NCBI GenBank assembly: GCA_030141605.1
Contig: JAQGDQ010000177.1
Coordinates: 248,001 to 312,000, forward strand
From: Tubiluchus corallicola
Taxonomy: Eukaryota; Animalia; Priapulida
Direction: 5' to 3'
DNA length: 64,000 nucleotides
Part shown: positions 41,101-56,400 of the stretch, in pieces
How the letters are laid out: every line of letters begins with the position of its first letter
How positions within the stretch are numbered: the stretch's first letter is position 1
Position numbers and translations under genes: made by a program
The notes under the pieces: generated by a model
Told to the model about the DNA's origin: nothing
What the model saw: only the letters and a program-made list of their open reading frames with translations
Database searches by the model: none

Positions 41101-44100
41101 ATTTTATCATTAGAATTTAGCCATGGAGAAGATTTATTGAAAGGAAACTATAATTATTCGAAATAAAACAGTTGTAGAGCACTTATTTCTTTAAAATCAT
41201 AAGTGTCACAATTTATGCATCTTATTGAAAAGATTTACTCCCATGTATAAGAGACCCCCTATTTTTAAAGTGAAAATTCTGAGCAAAAAAGGGTCTCTTA
41301 TACACGGGAAAATACGGTAACTAGTTACTCATGAATACTAGTTATTCATTTTGCATTAACGAATTTAAAGTCTGTACCTGTTTCTGCACTGAGAATCTGA
41401 ACGTCCCGGGACTTCTTGCGCCACTTTACTCCAAGCAGGTCCGTGTCGTCTAACAGCATTTACAAGGGCCTAAATACAAAAACACATAGTAATGTTTGAG
41501 TGCAAGTAGTGCAATTATACACTTGTAGTGCTTTTTGACCTCGCCTCTAGTTGGCACCCAAAAAAATCACTCGGTCAGAAATGCCAGTTTTTATAATGCC
41601 CAGTGCGCAACATGTTATTAGAAGCTACAGCAGGACAATGAATACAGCGGGCTGCATGTTACAAACACCATGGTAACTTATTGTTCCAGCTAGGATGTGG
41701 CTTGCTGCTATGAAATTTTACACAATTTTTTACAAATATCATTTATTGCACAAAAAGTTTTTGTTCCACATTTGCATGAATAACATATTCCAGCAGGATA
41801 GTTCGTTAGCTATTTGAAGACGACTGGCTGTGTTCAAGTATTCAAAATTTTTTATCTATTTGAGAAAAACCAGCCGATACCCGATGAAAAACTGTCCATT
41901 TACTGCACAAAACAGCAAAGAACATTTACTGAATTGACTCAAAATGCACAAAACCCCCCCAAAAAAAACTTGACATATAATATGAAAATTACGAAGTTTA
42001 GGCACCCATCTTTACAGACCCATTAGTTGTTTTTACCTGCAAATACTCATTGTAATAAAATTAACAAATATTGTGTAGAATGTGAAATTTATCAATGGCC
42101 AGCAAGTTAACTAGGCACAACAACGAAATCTGTAATTACTCTATTTGCAGTGTCATGACTACATTTGCTTCTGTATGTATTACAAGCAGAACACTACACT
42201 GCAAACTAAGATACATTTTTAACAAGTTCTACACAGTACACGTTGAAATAATAACGCAAATAGCAGACTTCCAAAGAGACAAACAACAAAGAAAAAAGTT
42301 GACGTCAAGACCGTCTCTCTGCCAAATACAGTATAATTTAATGCGACATCCTGTACTCACAATGTCCTCAGCTTCGGTCCATTTTCCACGCCGAAGATCC
42401 GGATTCAGTGTCTTGTGCCAGCGAAACCACATCTGCATTCTGGTGCGACCCTCCACATAACAAAGCACTACAACGAATATAAAACAAACCCGTTTATCTG
42501 ACAGATCATCCGCATACAGCACTAAATAAACCCCACTACATGAGGTATAAACGATAAATAAAAAATAAACAAAATGAGAAAAAGGTTTTAGAATTATCAT
42601 AAGTACAGTTGTCACTGTCATCGTCATCATCACCATCATTAAAATCACAACTGTTATTAACATCGTTAAGATTATTATCAAAACCATCATCATTATCATC
42701 ATCATCATCATCACCATCGTCTTTACTTGCATCTGCATTATTTTCAGCATTAAACATCAAAATCATCTTCACCTCACCTCACATCATGTCATCATTTTGA
42801 TCATTATCTCCAGTATTATTGTAAACAAATTTCACATGAATTTGAAATCATCCTTTAGTCTATATACCTTGATTCCACGGAATGTAATCGCCGACCTTGC
42901 ATTGCTCAATTACATCTTTCAAAAGAGCGTCTTCTTCTTCAGACCAATTCCTACAGAAAGCATTAAACTACCGGTATAAAACGGGCTGATACTTTGGCTG
43001 TTTTTGCATAGACAAAGTAGCACAAGCATAGGAGTAAAACAAGCAAACTCCTAGCAAAAAATAAGGCATAAAAAGACTTTTTTCTAAAAAACATGTATTG
43101 GGTTACTAGCTTATTAAGTTTCTTATACTGACAAAGTGCCTGGATAATAATAGGCGCTGACAATAAAAATGCTTTTGTTACAGTCTAATCACTTTATAAG
43201 TACACTGTCTAAACACCGTCTAAGCACACTGTGTAATTTTTTATCGCACACTGGGCCGGGAATTTTATAATTTTTTTGTACATTCATATGCTTACCAGAC
43301 GTAATCATACAAAAGTGTAGTTTTTTAATTCAAAACATAAAATGCAATAATTATTGTAAAGTCGTTGTTTTGGCGAGAATGCCGCCATGTTTTTATACAG
43401 CTAACTCTTGACTAGGGTTGCTGTTTTGTACGGTGCTGATTATCGTACTGGAGGCTAAAATTATCGTATTATCTGCCAAATCAGCATATTAACAGCCAAG
43501 TAGTATTTGCGCTTATACCATAATTATCAGAGCAAGCATTAATACCGTACATAAAAGAGACTGTAATATAATAGATAATTAAACGATAATGCCAAACAAA
43601 ATGCTAAAAAAACAAAGCCTCTATCAGCTACCGACATCTTTTGGGCTCATAAAGTAAGACAGAAACAAATTTTTTTCTGTCTGGCCTGTCATTAATATGC
43701 CATTTAATGTAACTATGGAATGTGTTTCTTTGTGAATATGGCAAGGATGAGAATGACAAATTGCAAAAAACTCTGAAACAGGCCGGGGGTTTGAGGGCCT
43801 TGGGGCAGCAACAAATTGCAATTTTGTGACCATAGAGAGCCTCTAAGTGGACTTAAAATATCAATTACCTTGTTTCATGCATAATTTAAAATACCCACTA
43901 TCAAGGATACATGATACATATGATCGTGAAGCTTCAAAAAATTAACAAATTTTATTTTGCATATATTTTGTTGCCTATATTTCATAAATTATAAAATTAA
44001 ACAGGGTTTTATTCATATTACGCTTTGGTATTTCGGTTGTTTGTGTCTGGAGGCCTCAAAGCTTCACATTTGTCAGCAATGAAGATATGCCGCATTGCAG

Positions 44101-47100
44101 TAAAAGGCATGCTACAAATCGTACAGATTATCAAATAAACGATATTTACGCTTTATTTGAACTATTTTAGCCAAAATTTTTCAGCGATTTTTAACATCTA
44201 GGAGATAAAAGATAAGCTGGATAAATACCTTGAAAAAATGCTACTGAAAGTTTCGGTTAGAATTTCAACGGAAACGAGGTTCAACCCCAAAAATTTTCTC
44301 AACGAATTTACGCGATGTACAAAAATGGCGCTACTGGTCTTCCAAAAACTCGGAATTCCGCGTATCCGCAGAAAATTCTCATCCCTGATATGGGTTTTAA
44401 AAAGCCCTTTATCATTGCTACAGAATTCATTTGATCATAAAAGTCACACTAAGTTGTAGTGACTTATGAAGTCATAAAATATCATAAAATATGATAGAAT
44501 AAAGTCACGATAAAAAAATTCATAAAAGCTTATTACACGCACAACAACAAAGAGAACGAGACTGGCTTCGCAAGTTCTTGGCTTTACAGAGTTGCATGTC
44601 ATGCGAGTAATCTAATGATAAACATAGTCTTTTCCAAATGTTTTTACCAAAGTTTTGTAAATTTTCAGAATGATGTCACTATTAAAACCACTTTGAGAAA
44701 GTTTTTGATACTTTTTTCTAAACAACTCAGAGGTATACTTGAATTTGCTTCTGAATCACGTCTAGGGCTGAGACAGTTAATCATTTTAACCAACCGCTAA
44801 CTGGTGTAACCATTTAGAAAATCACTAACCATTTAACCCTTACTTAGTCAAGTTTTCTACGTCTCCATGTTATCGAAACCTTGTATCTGTTCTGAGTTGA
44901 TACTATCTTCTATGCAGTTAGTATTACCTTTATCTTTGCACTATCATGTTGAAAAAGGAAAGTCAGCACAAAAAACGGGTACAATTTGTGGCTTCACCCA
45001 CGAAACAAATGATCAAAACATTAAAAGTGCAGGGCATCAGAAGTTTTTTTGCTCCAAGTGCCATAAGCACTTGCTACGCCACTGTTTAAGTGTCATCTGT
45101 CAGTGTTATCCATCATAAATTATTTCTTAAACGATACTTATACTTCAGATGCACTCACTTCTTGAGTAAATTGTTGTTCAGCTTCGTCTGGTACCTTCTC
45201 AAGCACTGAAATGGAGTCCGTCCAGTCTAAAAAGACAGTATTGCTTGCATTAGACAATGAGGCAATAAACATTTGAGTTTAGGCAATTAAGATTATTAAA
45301 TGCAAAGGTTACTGAAGTCAAAATAGGGTTATCACAAAGTTCCGGCGAAACTGGAACTTTAAAACTGAATTCAAATTGGGACTTTGATCCGATTTGCTTA
45401 CGTTCAATGTTACTTTAGAAAAAAATTGTTTTAACTTTAGCTGAAGAGCCGGTTTGGTAGTGTTTTATTACAAAAGCAATTGTTTCCTCTTTTAACTAAC
45501 TTTTTCTGCAAAATGCTTAATTCACTGCCTTTTTTGATAATTTTATCCTATGCAAATATTGCCATATTCAGTGTGTGTCATATTCATGAAATCTTATGTG
45601 AAAGCGTCCATCACATTGTGATTTTAACTGCTAGTTTCAACAAAAATGCTATGATTTGTTATATTACTTTAGCACTAGGCCGCACAAAATGTGGCTTAAA
45701 CGAAAATGGTTAGTACACAAACTGGCAACAGAAGGCGTTTGAATAAGACTCATTTTACAGAAATAATTAAAAAAACGAGATTTAAATTCGATTTGGTTTC
45801 AGAAATTACTAAAACTGAGATTCGGATTTGATCCAGACTCCAAAATTATTATAAAATGAGATTCAGTTAAAATTCGGATTCGGTAATTTGAGATTCATAA
45901 CATCCATAAATCAAAATAAACCATGATTATTTTGCCTCACTCAGCTGCAACACAGTGCATTCATAATAAAAAAAAGATATCAAAAAGAAACACATATCTG
46001 GCTGTTTAGTTTGTAGACAAAATTACATATGTCTCAAGAAAAGCATTAAGAAATGTCTTATACGTAATGTCATTATTGCTTCACTGAGTTACGAAATGAA
46101 AACTAAACCCCAAAAGATGCTCAGCCCATTAACTAACAAACTAGCATATTGCTTAAACACCAATACTCTGCATTCTACAACGTTTATAACCTTAGTCTTA
46201 ATTTTTTTAGTTGGGAAATCTCACAACGTTCCTGAATTAGTCTGGTTATACATCTCTAGGCAGTAAAGTCACACCATAGCAGTAAAACTGAATACAAGGT
46301 GTGAATACAATAAAATAGAGAAAAAAGAGTCAAAGACACATAAGAGACACTGCTTACAAGATAAAAATTTGGAGAAATGACACCCCAATGTCAAGTGAAA
46401 CAGTTTAAAAGCAATTGTGAAAATAAACCTTTTACAATAATTTAGAAAGAAGTTCCTCACTACTATTTATGATTCTAATTATAACAGTCATTGATGAACA
46501 TCTGTACTGTATTGTCGAACATATACGACAACCTACCTTGACTGTAAAAAGTATGTAACAAACCTAGCGCGTTTGTTATTAAAAACTTAAAACTCGATTG
46601 TCAATAAAATGAGAGCAGGAAGATGTCAATATCAGAGAGCATATATCTCCAATTTCTACAACTGTCCAGAAGTAACAAACAAAAAAAAACAAGGCATGGC
46701 AACAACATTTGTGAGAGGTCGCACAAACACACGTGATGCAGTTAACGTACCCCGAGCTTTGCGGCGATGGTGGTCCAGTTCGTCTCACCGTGAGTGAGAA
46801 AATTCTTGATGGCATCGTCTTCGTAGCGAAGCCACCTCTTCTGTGAGACAAGCGGATGGAGATCATTTTCCCATTTCAGCTCACATTCCGACGGTGTTCT
46901 TGATCCTTCAAACTGGAAACAGTAAAACGTGATTTCACAGACTGTGATTTCAGATTCAGATTTCATTTTTATGATGATTTTAATCCTGTCACACGTAATC
47001 ACAGATATCACTTCGCCAGATTTAATGAGTATAATATTCCATTTTGCAGGATCAATGTTGCCCGATACTTAGTAAAATTTACTGCTACCAATCTGTGAAA

Positions 47101-50100
47101 TAAAATATCAATTCATGTTACAACACATCAAACGTTATATAGCTTTAAAAGATATTTGGAATCTCTTCTACTAAAATCCTACTTATAATTCATTCTTTGA
47201 GTTTTACCATGAACTGCAATACTCACAGTACATCTTGGGACTGGCTATTTTACAGTTCATATTTTCATACGTTTGCATCACTCTTTCTCTTCTCTTATTC
47301 TCCATCTTTGCTCTATTACTTTTATCTTTACTTTTCTCTGTTTAACTATAATTCTTTCTCTTGTTAATTAAGCAATTCTTTTCCATTCTTCATGGTGGTT
47401 TCACAAGCTTTGGTTCCCGACCACCATGCAGCATCTATTTCTGGTTGATAAAATATTATGTAGTTTAGTAACTTCATTAATATAGTTATGTTACAATTAT
47501 TGTAATTATATTTCAATTTTTTTCCTAACTACACCACTTAATAGTACATTAATGTAATTCTGTTACAATTTTTGACGACCTTTAGACAACAATGGAGAAC
47601 ACCCGCGAATGTTTTGTGACCATTTTAGGGAGCTTCTGGAGCATATCTATCGGTGTGTAACTTAGAAAATTTTAGGATGGTCACTGAAGTCGAATAGGCA
47701 CCTATGATTGTACTATATGAGTCTTGAACTAAAATAAAACATTTTCAGATTTAACAAATGACTGAATGAAGGAGTGAACAGACGAATAAAGAAATAAATC
47801 ATAATTATGCTAAAAAGCAAAACTTTGTAAAACAAAAGCTACATTGGCCAAATTGTTCTCCTATATACTTACATCAGTTGAAGAAACTCTCAGCCAATCG
47901 ATTCCCTCTGTCGGTCTGCTTTTAAATAATTGCTTGTCGCTAGTTTTCCTGTGCGAAAAAATTGAGAAAAAAATCAATAAATTTCTAGTGACATGTCAAT
48001 AAATAAATTTTCTTAAACCTTGACATCATTCTTAAGTAACTGCTACATAAAAGAAGTATCATCAAAATTTATATGCTAGGCCACAGAACAACAATATTAA
48101 GACACTCAGCAACGTTCAACTTTCATTCAAAACACCAAAGAAACAAAGTGAATGCGTTTTTTGGGAAAGAGCCAGTTTATCTACAGATAAAACATACGTA
48201 CGTCAGTTTATCGATCTCGGCATCAATTTCTTTTATCTTCTCTTTTAGCATATTGCCCTCTTCTGGAGTGCAGGTGGCTGATTTGCGCTTTGTCACATAA
48301 ACATCTTTTCTGGATTGAAAAAAATGGATTAAAAATCACAGCAATTCAGAGTCAGATTATTGTTGCACGCATAAACTTAGCCAGCATAATAAGAAGCAAA
48401 TTGTTTAGACAGTAGGCATTGCTTAATAAACTCACTTTGGGACCAAAATGTTTTGACTCAATTAACCGACTGAACCTATTAACTGACCGGTGTAGTATTA
48501 CTGGTATAGAGGTATGAGTTACCAGCTTACTATGCACTGCAAAGGCTTTTAATGAATTTTAGAAACGAGATAATGCCTAAATTCCTTTATGCAGTTAAAA
48601 ATTAAAAAATATATTTTAAAATATTAATTTATATTTTTCTAAATCACACAAGTCTGTTTATTTGCAAAAATTACAAAAATTCCTTCAAAGTCCACTGCTT
48701 CGTTTCGTCGCGAAGAAGTTGGCTCACAGAGTTCTCATAATAATAAAAACGTTGCAAATAGCAACGTCTGTAGTTTCGCCGAAGCTCCTGCTTGCTATTG
48801 CGACATACTTGCTGTACTGTACCGGCGTCCCTGGCATAACAGCAACATCTAACTGATTAAACTTTGTGGCAAAGACAGCCAAAGCTTCAAAAGCAAACCA
48901 CTAAGCAAGTGATTAAATGTTTTGCTTACAGCAATTCTTTGTCAATGAGGTTAACTGCAGTGGCTGGGCAGGACCAAGGAAACCATTAAGCTAGCATAAA
49001 TAGTGTATGACAAACGTTCCTGCTTACAATCAAAACAGTATTTAACATAATTATTTTTATGTATATTATATGACAAAAGCGAACTAAGATGATATAAAGT
49101 TCATAAGAGCTTATTAGTCATTCGAAAGTGTCTCATTGAAGCATGTGAAGCAAAAATATTGAGCAAATTCTGCGGAGTTATTTGAGTCAATTACCGACAG
49201 TTTTTATGTACATTCGAATAGAAGCGGCCGTATCAGGTGTTTTTTTGAGTCAATTAAGTGACTGAGTCTATTAACCGTGAGTCTATTAAGCGGTGCCTAC
49301 TGTATTTACATAAAAAAGTGTTCACGAGTGAAATTACAGAGTATCGGAGAATACCAATATTTGCCCTTTGCAGCACCTACCCCGACAGGCAGATTTCTAA
49401 AACATCTGCACTTGAGCTAGGTAAACACAGCAGCAATCCACCAAAAAAATAGACACTGCTATGCCAGTTCTGTCAGCACCACTTCCGATTTGAAACCCTC
49501 AAACAGCACAAAATTCTTTAAGGTATTCTTTATTCTTTCAAGCTAGTACATATATTGTCAGTAAAAACGCTGACCAAAAAGATATTGATTTATGTTGCCC
49601 AAGTTTTGTCAGTGTTACAGTCACATCACAGTGAACTCTTTATTTTAGCTTTTGTGGAAAAATTTCCATTGCTACAAAAAGCTCCTATTTCATTGTTTGA
49701 AGCATCTGTGCGACCATTTTATTGATAGGCATTGTTGTGGATTTAGATGAACATAACTCACAGAGCCTTCGACCGTATGATTTTAACAATGAATGGACAA
49801 AGGCACTATTAGTTTTATAATCACATAGTTCACATTTCAACAACATAATTATCCAGGGAAATATTGCCATATCCCACAATGCAATTTTGTTGACACCACT
49901 TTGTCAGTAAAAAAGAACTAATGTACACACTAGTGGCAACAATTACTGATCATTTGGCTAAAACGAGCTTTCCCTGATTGTTATTTTGAAAACCTTTAAA
50001 ATAGTTAGAAAAATCTCCCTCGATGCAGTCACCACCAGAAATAAACATCACCCATTTTAAATCAGTAATTTACATTCTGTAAAAACAAAAAGATACAAGT

Positions 50101-50342
50101 AATGCATACTTTGACAACAACAGCTGAATGTGATTGCGCAAATAGCTGGACCTGACAGCTCTCTTCAGTGCTTTTATCTCCTTCTCTGTCCCTATAATGA
50201 CAAGTACAAAATGAAACCACATCAAGAAATGAAAAAAGTTACTTTCATGTTAATCACCAATATAATAAAAAGAAGTAATGACAATAATCATAATCATAAT
50301 AATCATAATAGCAATAACAACAACAGTAACAGAAACAACAAC

Positions 50343-50429
<87 letters not shown>

Positions 50430-53400
50430 CTTTATTTAAAGTTGGCTTTTAGATAGTTTAGTTTACTGAGCATACAACATAAAGAGACCAACAAAACACA
50501 TTGCTCCTGTAAATAGGATGGAACGACTCAAACGTTGTAGGAACGATAATACCAGTTAAATAAGCAATTAACATAAGTTCAAGAAGGTTTTTGCCAATTG
50601 TAAATAACAATAACAATTCTGCAGCTACGTAACAAAGACGCAAGGGCAAGAGCAGGTATCATTTTTATAGTCTTTGGTATGATCTGGCCGCAATATCGAA
50701 CTCATGTGCGTTAACAGTAAACTATACTGTCTGGTGCATCATGAGAGAACTGCAAAAAGTTCACAAAGCGGCCACTAAGTTAACGCGTCATTATTGTCAG
50801 TTTACTTATTGTTGTTAACTTAGTGATGACCACAATTTTGCATGCATGCACTAAGTTTTTTTATGTCTTTTCTGCATTTTGCAACACACTAACCCTTTCA
50901 CTACGGAAGGCAGCACTACTGCCTAGGCTTTTCATGCAAGGGGACGCAAGGCGGTAGACTGTACTGTATGATATGTTACCACCTATCACTTATAGATCGT
51001 TGATGAAATGTCTGTTCAGTTGAATGTTCTGCATTCTTATAAAATGATTGCATATTTTTGATCAGTATTGTGTCCTTTATGAAATTTGGTTTCTAAATAT
51101 AAGTACATGTTTATTTATGAGGGTGTGTATGTATGTGTGTGTGCGTGAGTACATGTATGTGTGCTTGTATGTGTGTGCATGTGTAGGAATAAAACAAATA
51201 TTTAATATTAGTACTTAATAATGAACAAGTATTTCTTTACTTACAAGATTCTGTTTTAGTAAAACGCAACAAGCAGTTATTTTCAAATGTGCGAAAGTCA
51301 ACGTGGCCCAGTTAAAAAGCAACTACGTAGTGAAAGGGTTAAAGCAACTTATATTAATATAAAAACATCTTAGAAAGTTAGAATACATAAACATACAGAG
51401 TTTTGGAGGAACTGGATAAACCGGAGGTTCCTGATTCTGCTTCTTCAACCGAGCATCTTCGTTCATTGGCGCATGCTGGAAAAACAACATTAATTTTAAC
51501 TCATAACTGGATCGACACAGATAACTTCTTTACAGAAATTAGGCCTTGTAAGACTATTTTAAAGTATGTACCAGAAAACTTTGCCCATGCAAAGTTATAT
51601 TACTTAGCATTGCTTGAAAGATTCTATGTATCTAGAAAAGAAAATTCTTAGTAATTTATGTTTGAGCCAACTGGAAATGTTAATGACTTACAGTTCCAGT
51701 GTGCACCATTTATTCAGCAAAAAAAAATTATTTTTAATCTTACTGACAAGATACAGTAATTGCTTTTAATGTATTACTTACACTTTTACTTAGTTAGTGA
51801 AGTGTCCGCTATGAATGCTCCGGTTATTTTTTAAATTTTTTGCAATGTTACCTAAACTAATTTTCAAAGGACCTTCTGTCAAAGTGGTTGTGCCAAACGG
51901 TCATTGTAGAGGTTTAAATTTACAAGTTCTATGCTCAATAAGGCAATAAGTAGATGATACAAAATTTCAAGACGAATTTTTTTATGTGAGTGAAAGGCTT
52001 TCTTGCTCTTTAAAGAACTTGAGACACGTATGAATTTTACTGTAGAACCTTAACTAAGGTCCAAAACGGGATAAAAAACTTAATAATATGTTAAAGTTTA
52101 TACTGTAAAAGTATTACAGTGTTCCCTCACTTATCACATGTGTTCCGTTCCAGGCCCACCCGTGTAAGTGAATTTCCAGGAAGTAGGGACGCTATACTTA
52201 TTCTAGTAGTTATACATTATTTTAAGTCTTTATAAACCCTCCCAACACTCTTATACATAACCCTTTCCAATTCCCTTAATAACTTTTCTCATACTGTACA
52301 TGTACCTTTTTTACATTTTGTGATTTTTTATGCAAAATTCATCAAATCTATACATTACTGTACAATACCCACTACGCATGTGCGAAAATACTTTAGACGG
52401 AGTACCGCAAAAACCCGCGAAACAGCGAAAATACCGTAATAAATATTTTACATTAATATTTTTGAAAACCCGCGAAACAACGAGTCCACGATAAACGAAC
52501 AGTGAAGTAGCGAGGGAACACTGTATTAGCAACTAAGGATGGCCGCAAAAAATGTTTCTGTCTCATTAGCTCAAAAGATGTCAGTAAGGAGGGGGGAATT
52601 CTTTTTTAAACTCAGTGAATGTTTAAAGCTGAATTGTGAGTATTTAGAATCAGTTGAAATCAACATTTGTTTATGTCCCACTGGTTAGCAGTATTGTTTT
52701 AAAATTTTTCAATGCACATTTGTTTCGCGTTACTAAATTATCGTATAATTATCAGTTATTGTATAGTCTCTTCTTTGTATCATGATCGCATATGTTCTGA
52801 TAATTATGGTATAAGCGGCAAATACACCGATTTGGCGGAAAATTAGACACTTTTTAGCCTCCAAAGGAGTATCATGCAAAACGGCAACCCTGACCGAGAG
52901 TTAGCAGTGGAAAAACATGGTCGCATTCTGCGTTCCCTAAAAAACGACGTTATAATAATTATTACGTTTTATGTTATATGACTGCGTGAAGCAAGTATAT
53001 GTGTGTACAAAAAAAATGATAAAATTTCCAGTCAGGTGTGTGATAAAAAAACTCACAATACCGGGCAATTAGACGGAAACAGATGTATTTTATTGTCAGC
53101 CCATGTTGAGGGTAGATCATTACTTGGGAATCAACAAAGATAGAAACTTTCAGGTTCACAAACCAAGGAAGCGAACTAAGACAATCGTTACTAATTAAAA
53201 ATACATACACATCCCCAAGAATCCTTGAAATATGGCTTTCCAAACAGCGACACGGGCGGTCGCGGCTTAGCGGGCGCTTTTGATGAACTAGACTCCAGCT
53301 CCTTCTGTATAGCTTTCTGCAAAACAAAGTAGGAAGATGAATTTTGCACATGATTTTCGGAAACAGAGACACATAAATGCAGCTAAAGTTGTAATTCTAG

Positions 53401-56400
53401 AAAAATCCGGAATCTTAAAGCTGCTACAAAAATCGTTTTTGTCTCAATTAACGAACTCAAAAGATGTCAGTGGCAGGGAGGAATTTTTTTAAAGCTTTAT
53501 GAATGTTTAAGTTGGAATCAAAGTTTGTTTATTTCCCACTGATTAAAAGTTAATGTTTTAATTTTTTTCATTGTACATTTTTCATGCTTTACTTTTTCAT
53601 TTTTCGTTTCACATTACTAGGTTATCGCACAATTATCGATCATTGCATAGTATCTTTTTTATACGGTATGAATGTCAAAAAATGACAATTATAGGATAAG
53701 CGACAATATTGCTTGGGCGTTAACATACTGATTTGGTGCAAAATCCGATACTTTTTCAGCCTCCAATAAGACTAGCATGATATAGCTAGCCATAGAAAAA
53801 CAAGACTGCGTTCTCACCGAAACAACGATATTATAATAATTATTGCATATTATGTTTTTAAATAAATAAGTAAATAAATGATATAATACATTTTTATAAC
53901 ACTCCATAAGGCAAGTATACAAATATACAAAAAAATTAGAAAATCCCTGGACGGGTACGCCATAAAAAGCATTACCCGGGTGAATAGACGGAAACAGAAG
54001 TATTTTAGTTGTCGGACGCAACTCGCGATTTTTTCGAAATTTTGACCAAACAGCATGCGGAAAAAACGTTCTAGCGGCGCCTTGTGGGACTCTAGAAAAG
54101 AGATATATAGCTCTTTAGAAGGAGGAAGAACAGGGCTACACGATGATGTGGGCTATATTTTAGGACACGTCCACCAAAAGGAGTATCGACGAGTTAATTA
54201 GATGTTCTATTTTTGGCAATTTTCGCTTGGAAAACTGCTGACGCAAAGCCACTGTTGTGACATCATCCAATATACTCTGCCTATAACTTTAATTCAGTAA
54301 AAGCTGCTGCTGCTGACTTTATGTTAATTAAGTAAACAAACACTAGGTAGGATGTTCGCGCATTGTTGATTATAAGTGGGTTTATAAGCAAGATTTTTTG
54401 TGGGGCCTTTGCTAGTAAATTTGTACCTATAATTTGTACCTGTCTTTCTGCATTAGCTTCAAGAAGTAGAGTGACCTGTTCCATCGTGTCTTGTACTATC
54501 TCCTGGTATACCCTGTTTAACAACAAGCAGGTTTCCGGAGTGTTAGGCAGCTCCTCTTCGCTAAACAAAGACTCCGTCTCCGTGGCCGTTTGAGGAGACA
54601 TCGGCGATGCAAAATCCTGAAAAATCATATTAAAGAATAGAGCTATTGAAGAAGTGAGAAGAGCAATGTAGTATCAGACAAAATACCACGTATAATGGTA
54701 ATGAAGAGTACAGTAAATCCTCGCTTAACGATGCTAATCCGACGTTAAGCGAAACCATAACTTCCATAGAAAATAATGTAAAAAAACTGAGATTCACTGC
54801 AGAGGCAAAAATCAAAGCTGCTTAAATAATACAAATTAAACCTTTTATGAGTTTCTTTATGGTTTCTGCTAATTAATTTCCTTCTGCTTGCTTAAAACCA
54901 CCTTTCTTTCTTACCAATACATACCTGGCTAGCGGTTTCTCTTTCAATAAGTAATAAGCTCAGGTGCAGCCATTAAACAATAAACACTGCAGAGTCAAAG
55001 CCAAACACCGCATGAGGCGATCTTGGAAATTTTTTCATACCCAAGGACTGTATTATTTACTACGCAGTCTGCTTGCTATAGAGGAACAGGTTGCAGGTAG
55101 AATTCCCAGAACACAAGGTTTGTTCACAGGTCTCGCTTGATAGAAAGGGCAGCCGGTACAGGAAGCAGAAACACGTATGGTAACCGTACTGTTTACTTTC
55201 TAATGCACTTTTAAAAGAGAATAAAGCAATACGTGCCGTTTTAATGCTTCAAATTAAGTAGTGTGTCTTTAAGTGAAAAAAATGTGTCAAACGATCGGCG
55301 TCACTTAGATGAAACGTCGCTAAACAGGGAGTTGTTAAGCGAGGACTTACTATATACATTACAATCTATAATACTTGACCGGTAATCAGATACAGTATGA
55401 TTTATTAAGTCTTCAACATGGACAATAATCTTCTTTTTGAAACTTGGCTCACAGTATTAAGTTTATTTTATAACATGCAAAGATTATTACTCAAATGTCG
55501 AACTACCGCAAGTAAAATTGATTTAATGCCTTTAACATGATTGCTACATTTGACTATTAACCCCGCTATTATAAAAAGAACAAATTTTAGATTATAAAAT
55601 TTATCTACTTCTCTCAGTAAATTCTTACCTGTTTTGGCTCAGTCTTGGTCATGTGGACAGCAGATGATGAAGATCTTTCCTTCCCTACAATTTAAACATG
55701 GTGTTATTATATTATTATTGTTATTATTCTGTATGATGATTATGCCCCACGTGCGGGGTTTTGTCTGTACAGTGTTTTTCATTGAAATACAGTGCATTGT
55801 TCATGTAATGTTAAAGAAATTATAGCATTAAAATTTTTTGCATTATTCTAATGAAATGTTCCAACAGAAATATATATTTGCAAATGTGATATTACATGGA
55901 TGTATTTTTGTTGAACAAGAAAACAGGAATCATTCGCTAATCAAAACACACCAAAATCATAGTATTCGTATCAACTTATTTCTTTAAACTACAAACAGAT
56001 TTTATCGTACCACTACATACTACACTTATTTCCATTAGTTAGTGATGGTATGGCCACCTGGTGCCAACATTACAAAATAAAACCTATTGTTAGTAAGTTA
56101 CTGTTAACAATAAAATAACTGCTGAGTGAGGAGTGTCAGATAGAAACCATTTAGTTATTTCTGCTCTTTTGCCATTGTTTGCTATAATGCAAACCACCTT
56201 CCCATAACCGTGATGTTTTTTTTTTGAAAGGGGAGCACTCATTGTTGTCTAGAATGAAAACTAAATGCTTAATAATGTACTGATGACATTTCATTATCAC
56301 TGACTCAACCCATAACCCGCTGTCTATCTACATCTATAAAAGTAAACAATTCTCACCTGGCATGCTTCTTAATTCGTTTTCATGCACGATATGACTGACA

